DNA of 64,000 nucleotides from Octopus sinensis (GCF_006345805.1 NC_043013.1:34162001-34226000), one strand, 5' to 3'. Shown: positions 25,650 to 38,790, counted from the first letter of the stretch. Numbers and translations are program-made. Notes: generated by a model not told the origin, from the sequence alone.

Positions 25650-25940
25650 CAATCAGGCTATCAGATGTTGCTACACATCGCTGGTCACAATGCACTTTGC
25701 ACTGTTTTAGCCTTCAAATGACGCCACCTTGCTGGCTAAGCAAGCAAGCCAACAGAAGAAAGAGTGAGAGAAAGTTGTGGTGAAAGAGTACAGCAGGGAT
25801 CACCACCAGCCCCTGCTGAAGCCTCATGGAGTTCAGGTGTTTTTGCTCAATAAACACTCACAACACCCAGCCTGGGAATTGAAACTGTGATCCTACAACT
25901 GTGAGTCCGCTCCCCTAACAACCAATGGGCCATTGCACCT
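25650..25940 (-). mobile_element. SINE-C variant with different tail
   Basis: TTTGCTCAATAAACAC core, GGGAATTGAAAC B box. Confidence 0.65.
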
Positions 25941-25947
25941 CCACATT

Positions 25948-26130
25948 AGAGTCATACTCTTTTGGTGCCTTATAATTTAACACACTCAGCGGTAAACTTC
26001 CCAGAAATTTTACCGGTGGATGTGTTAAATTATAAGGCACTAGAAGAGAATGACTCTATAAACATAACAGAATATGCTTCAACACACAAACTCACATAAA
26101 GAATCTTGCAAACCAAATCCAAAAATGAGA
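25948..26130 (+). mobile_element. PLE family G fold-back insertion
   Basis: Arms 25948-25996 / 26008-26057 plus tail AATATGCTTCAAC..GAATCTTGCAAACCAAATCC. Confidence 0.8.
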
Positions 26131-26135
26131 AATAT

Positions 26136-26203
<68 letters not shown>

Positions 26204-26827
26204 GTGTATATATGTGTGTGTATATATATGTGTGTATATATGTGTGTGTGTATATATATGTGTATATATATATATATATATGAATATATGTATGTATGTA
26301 TGTTTGCATGTACGTATGTGTGTATATATATATATATGTGTGTGTATATGGTCATTCACTTTTTTACTTGTGGGGCACCAATTAACTATTCATTTATTTA
26401 TTATTATGTTTGTGCATCTCTTTTTTTATGCATATGGCGCACGTTTATGTATCTTTGTCAGTGCATTGGCAATCTTATCTGTGTTAGTGTGTATACGTGT
26501 AAGCACATGTGTGTGTGTTTATATGTTTATATCTGTGTGTGTCTACAGATTCTTCTGTCTGTATGTGTACAAATGTTTTATAAGTTTGCCTATGTGTATA
26601 TATACGTGTATGAGTAAAGATGTACTGAGGAAATCTACATGCTCATTTTTTAGTGTGTATGCATATACATCTGTTAATTTTTTGTGCAAGTGTGTGTGTG
26701 TGTGTGTGGTTGCATGTGCATGTTTGTGTGCGCGTGCATATGAGTGTGTGTATATATATGTGTACATACATACACACACATGCACACACACACACACACA
26801 TATATGTATATATATACTTATACATAT

Positions 26828-26895
<68 letters not shown>

Positions 26896-26914
26896 GGAGG
26901 GAGATAGATAGATG

Positions 26915-26952
<38 letters not shown>

Positions 26953-27152
26953 CAGACAGATATGTGCTACACAGTAGCCTGGGGTACCACATATCTTGTG
27001 CCTTGCCAGCTCCTGTCAAATTGTCCAGCCACTAACTGCATGGAAGGCAAACATCAAATTATGATGTTGATGATGTTGATGATGATGATGATGATGCATA
27101 TATATATATATGTGCGAAAAATGTACTTTTCTTTTGTGTTGTGTGTGTGTAA

Positions 27153-27196
<44 letters not shown>

Positions 27197-27316
27197 CATC
27201 TTTTTGTCTTTATGCTCATGTGAAATTTGCCTGCATTGTAAATGTGCCAATATGTGGGTGTTTATATGTAATTATGAAAACATGTAACAGAGTGTCTGTA
27301 TGTATGTGTGTGTATT

Positions 27317-27372
<56 letters not shown>

Positions 27373-27559
27373 AAGGCATATGTGGTCCATGTAGCATACC
27401 TTTGTGAGATTACTGGTATTTCTGCAGATGTGTGTGTGTGTGCATGCGTATATCTTGGATCAAATATTTGCATGTATTTGTATACGTAGTCATACACATA
27501 CATGAATGTGAACAAATATGTGTGTGTCATGTGCGTGTGTTTGTATAAGTGTACATAAA

Positions 27560-27580
27560 TAGTTGCTTATATATATATAC

Positions 27581-27611
<31 letters not shown>

Positions 27612-27615
27612 CTGC

Positions 27616-27678
<63 letters not shown>

Positions 27679-27718
27679 CATATATATATATACATATATA
27701 TATGTATATATATATAAC

Positions 27719-27750
<32 letters not shown>

Positions 27751-27829
27751 ATATATATATACATATATATATATATATTATATATATTATACATACATAT
27801 ATATATATATGTAATATATATATATATGG

Positions 27830-27881
<52 letters not shown>

Positions 27882-27920
27882 GTTATATCTATATATATAT
27901 ATATATATCACATATACATA
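27560..27920. repeat. (AT)n array
   Basis: Direct reading. Confidence 0.95.
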
Positions 27921-28259
27921 TATGTATGTATGCCATGTATTTATGTAAGAATGCAAATAAGTATATAAGTATGCATTAGGAATAAGTATGTTGTCTGTGT
28001 TGTAAGTTCAGTATAGATGTTTATGTGAATGGATAAATATTAATGTGCGTGTGTGTGTGTGCCTGTGCTTTGTATGCAACTGGATGTTTGTATCAGAGTG
28101 TATCCATGAGTATGTTATAATGTTTACATGCAAAGTCATTATGTGTTTTCAAAAAACTGTTTTCATTGTGTCTGTGTGTTTGTGCCCCACAGTAATTTTG
28201 GTTGTGAATGCATAAGTATGTGCCTGCTTATATGAATTTAATTATCTATACATACGTAT

Positions 28260-28305
<46 letters not shown>

Positions 28306-28434
28306 GTATGTAGTATATATACTATATATATGTATGTATATATATATATATATACATTTAATATATATATATTATATACATATATATATGTAATGTATAT
28401 ACATACATATGTATATATTATACTTATATTCTTT

Positions 28435-28636
28435 CACTCTTTTACTTGTTTCAGTCATTTGACTGTGGCCATGCTGGAGCACCGCCTTTAGTCGAGCAAA
28501 TCGACCCCAGGCCTTATTCTTTGTAAGCCTAGTACTTATTCTATTGGTTTCTTTTGCTGAACCGCTAAATTACGGGGACATAAATACACCTGCATCGGTT
28601 GTCAAGCAATGGCATGGGGGAAAAACACAGACACAC

Positions 28637-28679
<43 letters not shown>

Positions 28680-28844
28680 GATGGGCTTCTTTCAGTTTCT
28701 GTCTACTATATCCACTCACAAGGCTTTGGTCAGCCCGAGGCTATAGTAGAAGACACTCGCTTAAGGTGCCACGCAGTGGGACTGAACCAAGAACCATGTG
28801 GTTTGTAAGCAAGCTACTTACCATGCAGCCATGCAGCCACTCCT
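28435..28844 (-). mobile_element. SINE-A, full length
   Basis: Collinear reverse complement of 38392-38790. Confidence 0.93.
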
Positions 28845-28892
28845 AGTCTGTATGTATATATGTATGTTTTTATATGTATGTATATACATATA

Positions 28893-28925
<33 letters not shown>

Positions 28926-29029
28926 ATATATATACACATATATATATAATATATACATGGTATATATATATACATGTGTGTATATATATATATATATATA
29001 TATCAGTATATATATATAGATGCAGTGTG

Positions 29030-29360
29030 TGTGTGGTAAGAATTTTGCTTCCCATACACATGGTGGCATCCTGAGTATGAGTCTTCTACAATGGCTTTTG
29101 GCTGAACAAAGCTTTGTGAGTGGATTTGGTACAAGGAAACTGAAAGAATCTTGCCATTCGTATGCTCATGTGTGTGGGTGTAAATGTGTGTGTGTGTGTA
29201 CACCCAGCATACTCTGTTAAATGGTTGGTGTTAGGAAGGGTATCCAGCCATAGAAACCATGCCACCACAAACGATTGGCGTCTGGACAGCTGACCAGTTC
29301 CGTGACAAACAATCCAACTCCTGCCAGCAGGAAAAACAGATGTTGAAGATGATGATGATG
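29030..29360 (+). mobile_element. SINE-A 5' fragment followed by a SINE-D tail
   Basis: GTGAGTGGATTTGGTA core, then GGTGTTAGGAAGGGTATCCAGC..GATGATGAT. Confidence 0.7.
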
Positions 29361-29363
29361 ATG

Positions 29364-29395
<32 letters not shown>

Positions 29396-29877
29396 ACAGA
29401 TTTATATGCATACATCCATATATGTAAGTATATATATGTATACATATATGTAAGTAATAAATATATATATATATATATATTATATATATGCGCATGTACA
29501 TATATATACACACATGCACACACACACACACAACTATAGAGTTGTAGATTTGTAAGAGTAGACACAAACCACTGAAAGTTGCAATGACTGTATGTTTGAT
29601 GGATGTTGGTACTTATCTGTGTTTGTGTGTCGGAACAAACCATGTGTGAGACAGTGCATATGTATTCACTGCAATTCACTGCACTGTCTTCATAATGAAT
29701 GTGTTTGTGTGTTTGTGCCATTGAAATTTAGTTGCATTGCTAAGTTTCTGAACGGAACCATAAACACGTGTTTTCCTTATACCCTAACATACACATATGC
29801 AGAGAGAGACACACGCATATATACATGTAACTGTGTGTTTGTATGTGTATGTTGTATGTTTATATATATATATATAT

Positions 29878-30096
29878 CTTTTACTCTTTTAATTGTTTCA
29901 GTCATTTGACTGTGGCCATGCTGGAGCATCGCCTTTAGTCGAGCAAATCGACACCCGGACTTATTCTTTGTAAGCCTAGTACTTATTCTATCAGTCTCTT
30001 TTGCTGAACCGCTAAGTTACGGGGACATCGGTTGTCATGGGATGTTAGGGGGACAAACACATATATACACACACACGCACACACATCACCACACAC

Positions 30097-30128
<32 letters not shown>

Positions 30129-30129
30129 G

Positions 30130-30160
<31 letters not shown>

Positions 30161-30312
30161 GTATATATATACATATATACGACGGGCTTCTTTCAGTTTC
30201 CATCTACCAAATCCACTCACAAGGCTTTGGTCGGCCCAAGGTGCCACCCGGTGGGATTGAACCTGGAAGCATGTGTTTTGTAATCAAGTTACTTACCACA
30301 CAGCCACTCCTA
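29878..30312 (-). mobile_element. SINE-A, full length with internal deletions
   Basis: Collinear with the other SINE-A copies. Confidence 0.92.
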
Positions 30313-30580
30313 CACCTATGTGTATGTTGTATATATATATATATATATATGGACGAGTGCGTGTGTGTGTATTTATGTGTGCATAAATATGTTTATTTGT
30401 ATCTATGTTTTCATCATATATTTTAGGTCATGTGAACCTGAATACATTTCATATTAAAAGAAAGCAAACAAATGCATGTGTGTGTGTGTGTGCATACAGT
30501 ATTGTGCTAGTGTGCTTGTTAGACAGTGTGTATATGCATGTGTGTATATGTATTTATATATATATACTATTATATACATT

Positions 30581-30613
<33 letters not shown>

Positions 30614-30644
30614 ACATGTGTGTGTATATATATATCTTCTTTAA

Positions 30645-30895
30645 TTTTTTTACTTGCTTTCAGTTATTTAACTGCAGCCATACAGGAGCACCGCCCTTAG
30701 ACAAGCAAATTGACCCCAAGATTTATTCTTTGTAAGTCTACTACTTATTCTATCGTTTTTTTGGGGGGTGGGGGTGCCAAACCGCTAAGATCCGTGGGTG
30801 TAAACACACCAACATCAGATGTCAACTGATGGTGATGGGACAAACACAGACACATATACATACATATATATGTATATATATATTATATGTATATA

Positions 30896-30933
<38 letters not shown>

Positions 30934-31088
30934 GGGCTTCTTTCAGTTTCCATCTACTAAATCCACTCACAAGGCATTGGTTAGCCCAAGGCTACAGCAT
31001 ATAGACACTTGCCCAAGGTGCATACAGTGGGACTGTTCCCAGTACCATGTAGACAGGAAGCAAGCTTTTTACCCCACAACCACTCCTG
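30645..31088 (-). mobile_element. SINE-A, full length, diverged
   Basis: Collinear with the other SINE-A copies. Confidence 0.88.
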
Positions 31089-31128
31089 TGTCTATATACA
31101 TCCATAAATGTATGTGTGTGTCACATAT

Positions 31129-31297
31129 TGTTAAAAAGAGACAATGAGTGATGGCTAGAAGAATATTGAGCTTTATTGAATAACCAGTTGATCTAGCAAG
31201 CGGAGCTTTATATCACTGGGTGGGGGCCAGTGCACATTGATGCTGTCGAGAGGTAGGCCCTGAAATGGTGCACATTCTCTCCTGATGACCCCATACA
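31129..31297 (-). mobile_element. Possible solo LTR
   Basis: Minus strand TGTATGGGG..GATATAAA..AATAAA..TTAACA; no TSD found. Confidence 0.25.
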
Positions 31298-31683
31298 CTT
31301 GCTGCCTTCCTGTATGTGGAGTTCTCAACTGTAGCACTTGCATGTGCAAGTTGTTTGCAAAATATGTAATAAAAACAATTTTAAATTAAATTGAGATTTT
31401 ACTCTATACTTATGTAAAGTACGAGTCTATTCTTAAATAAGAATGTCGTTGACAGTGACTCCGAAGTTTCAACAAGTTATTCAATTGCGGGCTATATATG
31501 TATGTATATATATATATATATATTATATATATATATATATACATATTATAATTAAGAGTATCTCTTAGATACCCTTAATTATAATTTTGATGATAATTAT
31601 TACCTATGAGGTTTTTATTCCTATCCTGGCCACCTGATATGATTGGTATTTTAAATAATGATCTTATCCTTATTTACATAAAT

Positions 31684-31714
<31 letters not shown>

Positions 31715-31954
31715 TACATTCATGCATGCACACACACACACACACACACACACAACACAACCTATGTGCATTTTCTTTTCTGGTTCTTTTCTCACTTTCC
31801 TTTTCTTATTTCTCTTCTTTCTCCTCTTCTATGTCCTTCCTTGGACCTTCTTACATCCAACAAAGGCCTATGTGCGAAATATCATATTTACACACCATAA
31901 ATTTTACTTCATAATATTTTCCTATTCTTGAGCTTCAACCTAATAATATTCTTT

Positions 31955-32165
31955 TCTACTCAAGACACAAGGCCCGAAATCTTGGGAGAAGGTGACAGTC
32001 GATTAGATCGACCCCAGTACACAACTGGTACTTAAAATATAGACCCCGAAAGGATGAAAGGCAAAGTCGACCTTGGCAGAATTTGAACTCAGAATGTAAA
32101 GATAGATGAAATACTGCTAAGCATTTCACCTGGCATGCTAACGATTCTGCCAACTCACCACCATT
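31955..32165 (-). mobile_element. SINE-B variant (B2 tail)
   Basis: CGACCCCAGT..CCCCGAAAGGATGAAAGGCAAAGTCGACC..TTTGAACTCAG. Confidence 0.9.
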
Positions 32166-32237
32166 CAGCCTAATAATAATAACTAATTAACTGTGAACGT
32201 CCATTGGACTTTTGCTGCATTTTACATTTCATCTGCA

Positions 32238-32273
<36 letters not shown>

Positions 32274-32473
32274 ACAATTAAAATTCAGTTGAATTAGGTA
32301 CTTAAATTGAGGCACCAATCCAGTTCAGTATAGTTTATGCAGTTAGGTGAATAAAAACAAATAAGCAACAAGGATGTACACATATTAGTGCACTGGGAGC
32401 TGCTTGAAATGCCAATAATGCACTGGTACCTGGACATCCTTGTTACTTATTTGCGTTACATGTAATGTGTGTG

Positions 32474-32516
<43 letters not shown>

Positions 32517-32594
32517 TTTTATTCCTGAATATAAGTGCTAACCTTAGTCACTATTTCAGCAATATATTCATAAATAGGTTAATTGGTTGGATGT

Positions 32595-32635
32595 GGCACT
32601 GAAGAAGGAGCAATAACTCCTGAAATGTGTATATA
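32595..32635 (+). ncRNA. Minimal type-I hammerhead motif H2 (decayed)
   Basis: GGCA-CTGAAGA-AGGAG-caataa-CTCCT-GAAAT-GT-GTA. Confidence 0.62.
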
Positions 32636-32939
32636 CACCCATTTCTTACTTTTACTATCTTCAAAGACTTTGTGTACATCGATGTATATGTATACAAAAC
32701 ATAACTTCCAGTGCTGGCTCTAAATTCTATGGAATAGTGACACACTATTGAGTTATAAATCCTTTGTAAACTTCACAGTAAGTTATGGTTGCAAAACAAA
32801 ATATGGTGTTCCTACAAGCAATTAATATACATGTTTTAATGGATGGAATTCATTTTAGAAATGGTGCCTCTTAAAGCACACATAAAGTTATAAATAACAG
32901 CATGTAAATATTGAGTTCAAACTCATATGAGTAGACCGG

Positions 32940-33200
32940 GTGGAGGCACGTGGCTTAGTGGTTAGGGTGTTGAACTCATGATTGTAAGATTGTGGTTTCA
33001 ATTCCTCAACCAAGCAATGCATTGTGTTCTTGAGCAAAACACTTCATTTCACATTGCTCCAATCCACGCAGCTGGCAAAACTGAGTAATCCTGCTATGGA
33101 CCAGTGTCCCATACAAGTCGGGAATATATATAACATGAAACTGGGAAACTGGCCCTTATGAGTTGGTATGACTTGAGAAAGTAACTTCACCTTTACCTTC
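32940..33200 (+). mobile_element. SINE-C, full length
   Basis: GGAGGCACGTGGCTTAGTGGTTAGGG A box, GTTTCAATTCC B box, GTTCTTGAGCAAAACAC core. Confidence 0.9.
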
Positions 33201-33630
33201 CAGTATGGAAGAAAAAGTCAAAGGCTCTCGATAATTTATAGCGTTATTTGCCTAGAGATTTGCCATTTCTAAAAAGGATCATTTCATGTTCTCCCTGAGA
33301 TTATAAATACTTAGGATATCAATGACATATATACATATAAAAATGCATATATATTCATTCATTCACTCATTTGATTTTACATTCAAATTCCATACTAGGA
33401 AAGATTGCTGGCACATAGTAATTAAGCAATTTGTTATAACCAGGCTTTCACTAACCGTTGCCACTTTTTAAACTAAGATTTTGTGCACAAAGAAAGCCAG
33501 CAGATGTCATTTTATAACCATAGAAGTGACAATAATGTCACCTGTTTTAGCTAAGCGATTTTGGAGAAGCAGAAATAAAACCATATACACAGATGCACCC
33601 AAAAGCTCTTAAATGTGTGTATTTTTATAG

Positions 33631-33690
33631 CTTTTAGACCACCCTGTGCTGCTCAGTGCACTGGGAAGCAGGTTTCCTCCACCAATCTTG
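33631..33690 (+). CDS. Candidate 60-nt symmetric exon
   Basis: atttttatag acceptor, strong TTG|gtaagc donor, locally GC-rich; open in phases 0 and 1. Confidence 0.42.
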
Positions 33691-33861
33691 GTAAGCTAAA
33701 TAAATAACCACACTTGCAAACACACACACACACACATATATAAAATCATATACATATATATACATGTATGTATACAAATACATGCATGCATAAATATTTA
33801 TACATATGTTAATAGATATACATGTATGTACATCCATCCATCCATCCATATTTATATGTGC

Positions 33862-33897
<36 letters not shown>

Positions 33898-33904
33898 ATG
33901 TGAA

Positions 33905-34224
33905 AGCATGCGGCTTAGTGGTTAGGGCATTTGGCTCACGATTGCAATGTCATGAGTTCAATTCCTGGCAATGTGTTCTGTCCTTGAACAAGATACTTTA
34001 TTTATTTCATGTTGCTCCAGTCCACTCAGCTGGCAAAAATGAGTAGTACCTGCATTTCACAATGCCAGCCTTGTCACACTCTGTGTCATGCTGAATCTCC
34101 ATGAGAACTACATTAAGGGTACAGATGTCTGTGGAGTGCTCAACCACTTGCTCCTTAATTATACAAGCAAGGTGTTCCATTGATCATATCAGCTGGGACT
34201 CCCGTAGTCACAACTGACAGTGCT

Positions 34225-34225
<1 letters not shown>
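33905..34225 (+). mobile_element. SINE-C variant
   Basis: GCATGCGGCTTAGTGGTTAGGG, GAGTTCAATTCC. Confidence 0.88.
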
Positions 34226-34306
<81 letters not shown>

Positions 34307-34309
34307 ATA

Positions 34310-34814
34310 TATAGATCAAAATAGTTTGTTTCAAATTTGTTGGTACTTTTGAGTTTCAAGGTTGATGCTAGTCATCAGCCATTTTGAATTGTGTGTAGAC
34401 ATGCATGTGCATGCTACTGTCCACATGCACACACTTGCATCAATATATATATATGCACAGAAAACTATATGAGCATGTCTAGTCACCCACATATACAACT
34501 ATATACTTGCACATGCCACCCTCACCTAGTTACCCACCCCTAACAACTTAACTGAATTCCTAATCGCCACGTGGACCATTTCCAGTCCTTCACATGGTCA
34601 ATTTCCTGTTCACAACGTGGTATTTTCCAGCTATCTGTTACCCATATACCTGCATCAATCCACAACACCACGTAACCTTCCCCGACCAATCACAGCCCAC
34701 CTTACAGTAATAACATTCAAATTATGTCATTCAAATTCAAAATGGCTGACGACTAGCATCATGCTTGAAACTCAAGAGTACCAATGAATTTGGATCAAAC
34801 AGTTTTGATCTATA
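34310..34814. mobile_element. MITE-like element with ~80-bp TIRs (TATAGATC..GATCTATA)
   Basis: 34310-34389 is the reverse complement of 34734-34814 at roughly 80% identity by eye. Confidence 0.7.
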
Positions 34815-35074
34815 CATGTAACTCCAAATAAATCGATTTAGTGCCCTTTCATTTCTCCAACCACTTGTAAATATATATATATACATATATATATATACAT
34901 TTATGTATAAATATATATAGATATATTTATCCCCCCCCCATATGTACATAGTCATACACACACATACATGCATATACATTTACATATATACACACACATA
35001 TATATTTACAAATATATATATATATATATCAACACAGTGTATGTATATGTGTATGCATGAATGTAGACGCTATA

Positions 35075-35670
35075 CAATACTATAATCCTGTATACAACTC
35101 TATAATAACCCATTATTTCAGGAACCACAACATCCTACACCTGTCCAAAGGATACTTCCAGTTCTATATCAGTCATTGGATATCTCACAAATCAATAACA
35201 AATCACAAATCATCAATCGCCAAAGTAAGCCACCAAATTTCAAAAGACCCCTATGAAAGGTGAGATTCATATCAAAGAAAGAAATAATGCAGATAAACTG
35301 TAGAGACCCTTGTTGTGGGTTGTGTGAAACAATTGGACAAGGAACAACCAAAAAATTCAAGAGTGAAAAGTGACTGAGAGTGAATGTCAGCATGAATCAC
35401 AAAACATATCTCCTCTAAAGCTTCACATGCTCATAACACAATGAGAATTACATTAGAGAAACAGGAACAAAGCTAACCAACTGTGTGAGAGTACACAAGC
35501 AGTAAATTAAAGATTCATCTCTCAGAAATATTCCATGCAGTGTATGTCTAGATATTTGTGCAAATCAAATATTCAAAATATTCCATTTTTACAATATAAA
35601 AGATGAAAACGATCGGCTGTGAAAAAGGAAAAGAATACTTCATAACAATCCTAAACCTGAAACTACGTCA
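35075..35670 (+). mobile_element. Decayed Penelope-like ORF: RT-EN linker and GIY-YIG endonuclease
   Basis: IINRQSKPPNFKRPL, CRDPCCGLC, NYIRETGTKLTNCVRVHKQ*IKD..PCS..FKIFHFY follow the PLE order linker-CxxC-YIGxT..R..H; contains stops and frameshifts. Confidence 0.8.
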
Positions 35671-36159
35671 GAAATAATCAACACCCTAACTAGAAATAAC
35701 TTCCTCTATATGGAGTAGATCAGGAAATGTGTATTGAAAAGTTGAACAATAAAAGTGTTTACTCACAAACTACACATGATTGAAAAGTTCTTTCCCAAAA
35801 TGTTGTGTATTTAGTTTTTTAAAATAAACTATATAGCTAATAACTTTAAAAAAATTCTTAAAATGTTGTCACTGCATCAAGGATTTTCCCCCAAACTTTA
35901 TATATGTATATGTATTATGTATATATGTATATATAGGTTAGAGATAGGTGTTCTGTATATAGAATACACTTCAAAGTACCCAAGACATTTGAATTTGAGC
36001 CGGTAGATGAGTAAATGTAATGAGAAGCAAGTTAGGCAAGTCAATTTATACAGAATATTAAATACATTTAATAGAAAAAGATGTACATGTGTATGGATAA
36101 AAAAAACAGTCTGACTTCCATCTTTAACTCCCTCCTGTCAACACCTCAAATGTAAAATT

Positions 36160-36252
36160 CTCCCCTGAAGATGGAGGCAGTGTTATCTAATAATGGATTC
36201 AAGTAACTATCATTATTACAGACCATCAAGTCCTCAGAAACAGCTGTTGGAC
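36160..36252 (+). ncRNA. Type-I hammerhead motif H3 with long stem-II insert
   Basis: CTGAAGA-TGGAGG-(~54 nt)-CCTCA-GAAAC-AGCT-GTT; palindromic AACAGCTGTT; stem I weak. Confidence 0.55.
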
Positions 36253-36419
36253 TCGTAAAATCCTTCCCATTTAACTCCTATTATCATTTAAATTCTGTAA
36301 GTTGAGCTATTTTATATCCATACTCTGTACATTCTTTTTCTTTTAAATGTATTTAATATTCTGTGTAAACTAGCTTATCTATCTTGCTTCTCGTTACATT
36401 TACTTGCATGAAAGCAAGT

Positions 36420-36730
36420 AACTCAGTGGTTAGGGTAGTCAGCAAATGGTCACAAGGTCATAAGTTCAATTCCCAGTGGCCTGTTATGTCCTTGGGCATG
36501 ACACTTTATTTCTCATTGCTTCTGTCCATCCAGCTGGCATAAATAAGATGTCCCTGTAATTCAAAGGGCTAACCTTAACACACTTTGTGTCACACTGAGT
36601 CTCTTTGAGAACTAATTTAAGTATCAGCATTTTTGTAGAGTGCACAGCCACTTGCATGTTGGTTTCATGAGCAGGCTGTTCAGCTGATCAAATCAGCTGG
36701 AACACTCCTCAACATAACTGATGGAGAGCC
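36420..36730 (+). mobile_element. SINE-C variant, diverged
   Basis: AACTCAGTGGTTAGGG, AAGTTCAATTCC; tail shared with 33905-34225. Confidence 0.78.
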
Positions 36731-36740
36731 AAGCAATAAA

Positions 36741-36772
<32 letters not shown>

Positions 36773-37419
36773 CAATTAATAAAAGAAGAAAGAATAAGAT
36801 TTATAAAACTCTTTAATCAATTCATATCTATTTCTGTAACATGAAGCTTCTGCACTCTGAGCAACATGCTTGTGAGACATTGCTTCCTCAGAGCTGTTTA
36901 AATACGTAGGATTTGTGGTAATGGCAATTTGACATCTATGTTTAGCATATTAGGTGTCCACTTTAGTGGTCATTTCTCTTAATTTTGTATGTGACGCAAT
37001 TTTTAATCTTCGGATTTTTTAAATATGCTAAGCCACTAGTTTTAATTGATTAATATCAATTTCTACTCATATTATTTAATTTCACACATATATATGTATA
37101 TATATATACCTGAGTGAGTGTTTTCTTGCCTTCGCATTGCATGCTAGAAGTAAATGATGCTTACTGTCTCTTAAGCAATGTCATTTGTTCTCAGTCTTCC
37201 ATGAAATCATATCTTCCCATGAAGAAAATTATACCTTGCTTAGAAACAAGTGTGGCTTGATGTCTAGATAGGATTACATCTATAGGAAATCTGGCACAAT
37301 ATAAATCCATCCAATCCATGCAAGAATGGAAAAGTGAAAATTAAAACAATGAGGATGGTTCATTATAGAACAATGAATGCAAAGCAGACTTCAGGGCAAT
37401 TTGAGATCAGTATACTCTT

Positions 37420-37820
37420 ACTCTTTACTCTTTTACTTGTTTCAGTAATTTGACTGCGGCCATGCTGGAGCAACACCTTTAGTTGAGCAAATCAACCCCA
37501 GGACTTATTCTTTGTAAGCCTAGTACTTATTCTATCAGTCTCTTTTGCCAAACTGCTAGATTACGGTTACGTAAACACACCAGCATTGGTTGTCAAGTGA
37601 TATTGGGGGGGTCAAACACAGACACACATATATACACACACATACATATATATATATATACAACGGGCTTCTTTCAGTTTCCGTCTACCAAATCCACTCA
37701 CAAGGCTTTTGTCAGCCCGAGGCTATAGTAGAAGACACTTGCTCAAGGTGCCACACAGTGGGACTGAACCCGGAATCATGTGGTTGGTAAACAAGCCACT
37801 TACCACACAGCCACTCCTGC
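37420..37820 (-). mobile_element. SINE-A, full length
   Basis: Collinear reverse complement of 38392-38790. Confidence 0.93.
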
Positions 37821-38391
37821 ATTTTGTTGCATTTCATATAAAGAAATGCAACAAAATAATGTGAAATGTTTTACCCAATGCTGTAAACTGAAGCTGAAAA
37901 TATTAAATGGATTATGACATGAAAAGTGTCATAAAAAAACTTAGCCAAATAAAAATAATTTATTAAAAATAAAATGATTGATATTGTCTATTTTTCATGT
38001 AAGAAAAAATGAATTGTTAAAGAAATAAAATAAAGGAATACATAAGTTAATATATGAAAAATAACTGATTTTTTTTCATTTTTAAATTACTACTATGAAT
38101 GATAAAAATATCAACAGTAACTACAATAACAACAAAAAAAATACTAATGATTCTTGTAATAATTTGCTGCATCACCCATTTGCTATTACTCATGGCTAGT
38201 AAATAAGATGACATGACTATTACCTACACCCCGTACTATTTGTGAAATGTTCATGAACTGTTTGCATGTATGTGTGTTTATATATACATATAAACACACA
38301 CACACATACATGAATTTATATGTGTTTGTATGTATCTCTGTGTAACACTAAATCATCTTTGCTTGCAAACAACAGTCATAATTTTTGACAC

Positions 38392-38549
38392 AAGAGTGGC
38401 TGTGTGGTAAGTTGCTTGCTAACCAACCACACGGTTCCGGGTTCAGTCCCACTGCGTGGCATCTTGGGCAAGTGTCTTCTGCTATAGCCCCGGGCCGACC
38501 AATGCCTTGTGAGTGGATTTGGTAGACAGAAACAGAAAGAAGCCTGTCG

Positions 38550-38586
<37 letters not shown>

Positions 38587-38790
38587 TTGTGTGTCTGTGT
38601 TTGTCCCCCTAGCATTGCTTGACAACCGATGCTGGTGTGTTTACTTCCCCGTCACTTAGCGGTTAGGCAAAAGAGACCGATAAAATAAGTACTGGACTTA
38701 CAAAGAATAAGTCCCGGGGTCGATTTGTTTGACTAAAGGCGGTGCTCCAGCATGGCCGCAGTCAAATGACTGAAACAAGTAAAGAGAGTA
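38392..38790 (+). mobile_element. SINE-A, full length, low divergence
   Basis: GAGTGGCTGTGTGG A box, GGGTTCAGTCCC B box, many intact CpGs. Confidence 0.95.

Noticed and set aside
35122-35259. Well-signalled + strand exon (EPQHPTPVQRILP..)
   Set aside because: It lies inside the decayed PLE ORF (IINRQSKPPNFKR linker); kept only as a possible exonisation
36840-36895. Minus-strand GCTCTGAGGAAGC..TGCAGAAGC resembling H4
   Set aside because: GAAA box altered and no GUH triplet; may be a related pLTR but not callable as an HHR
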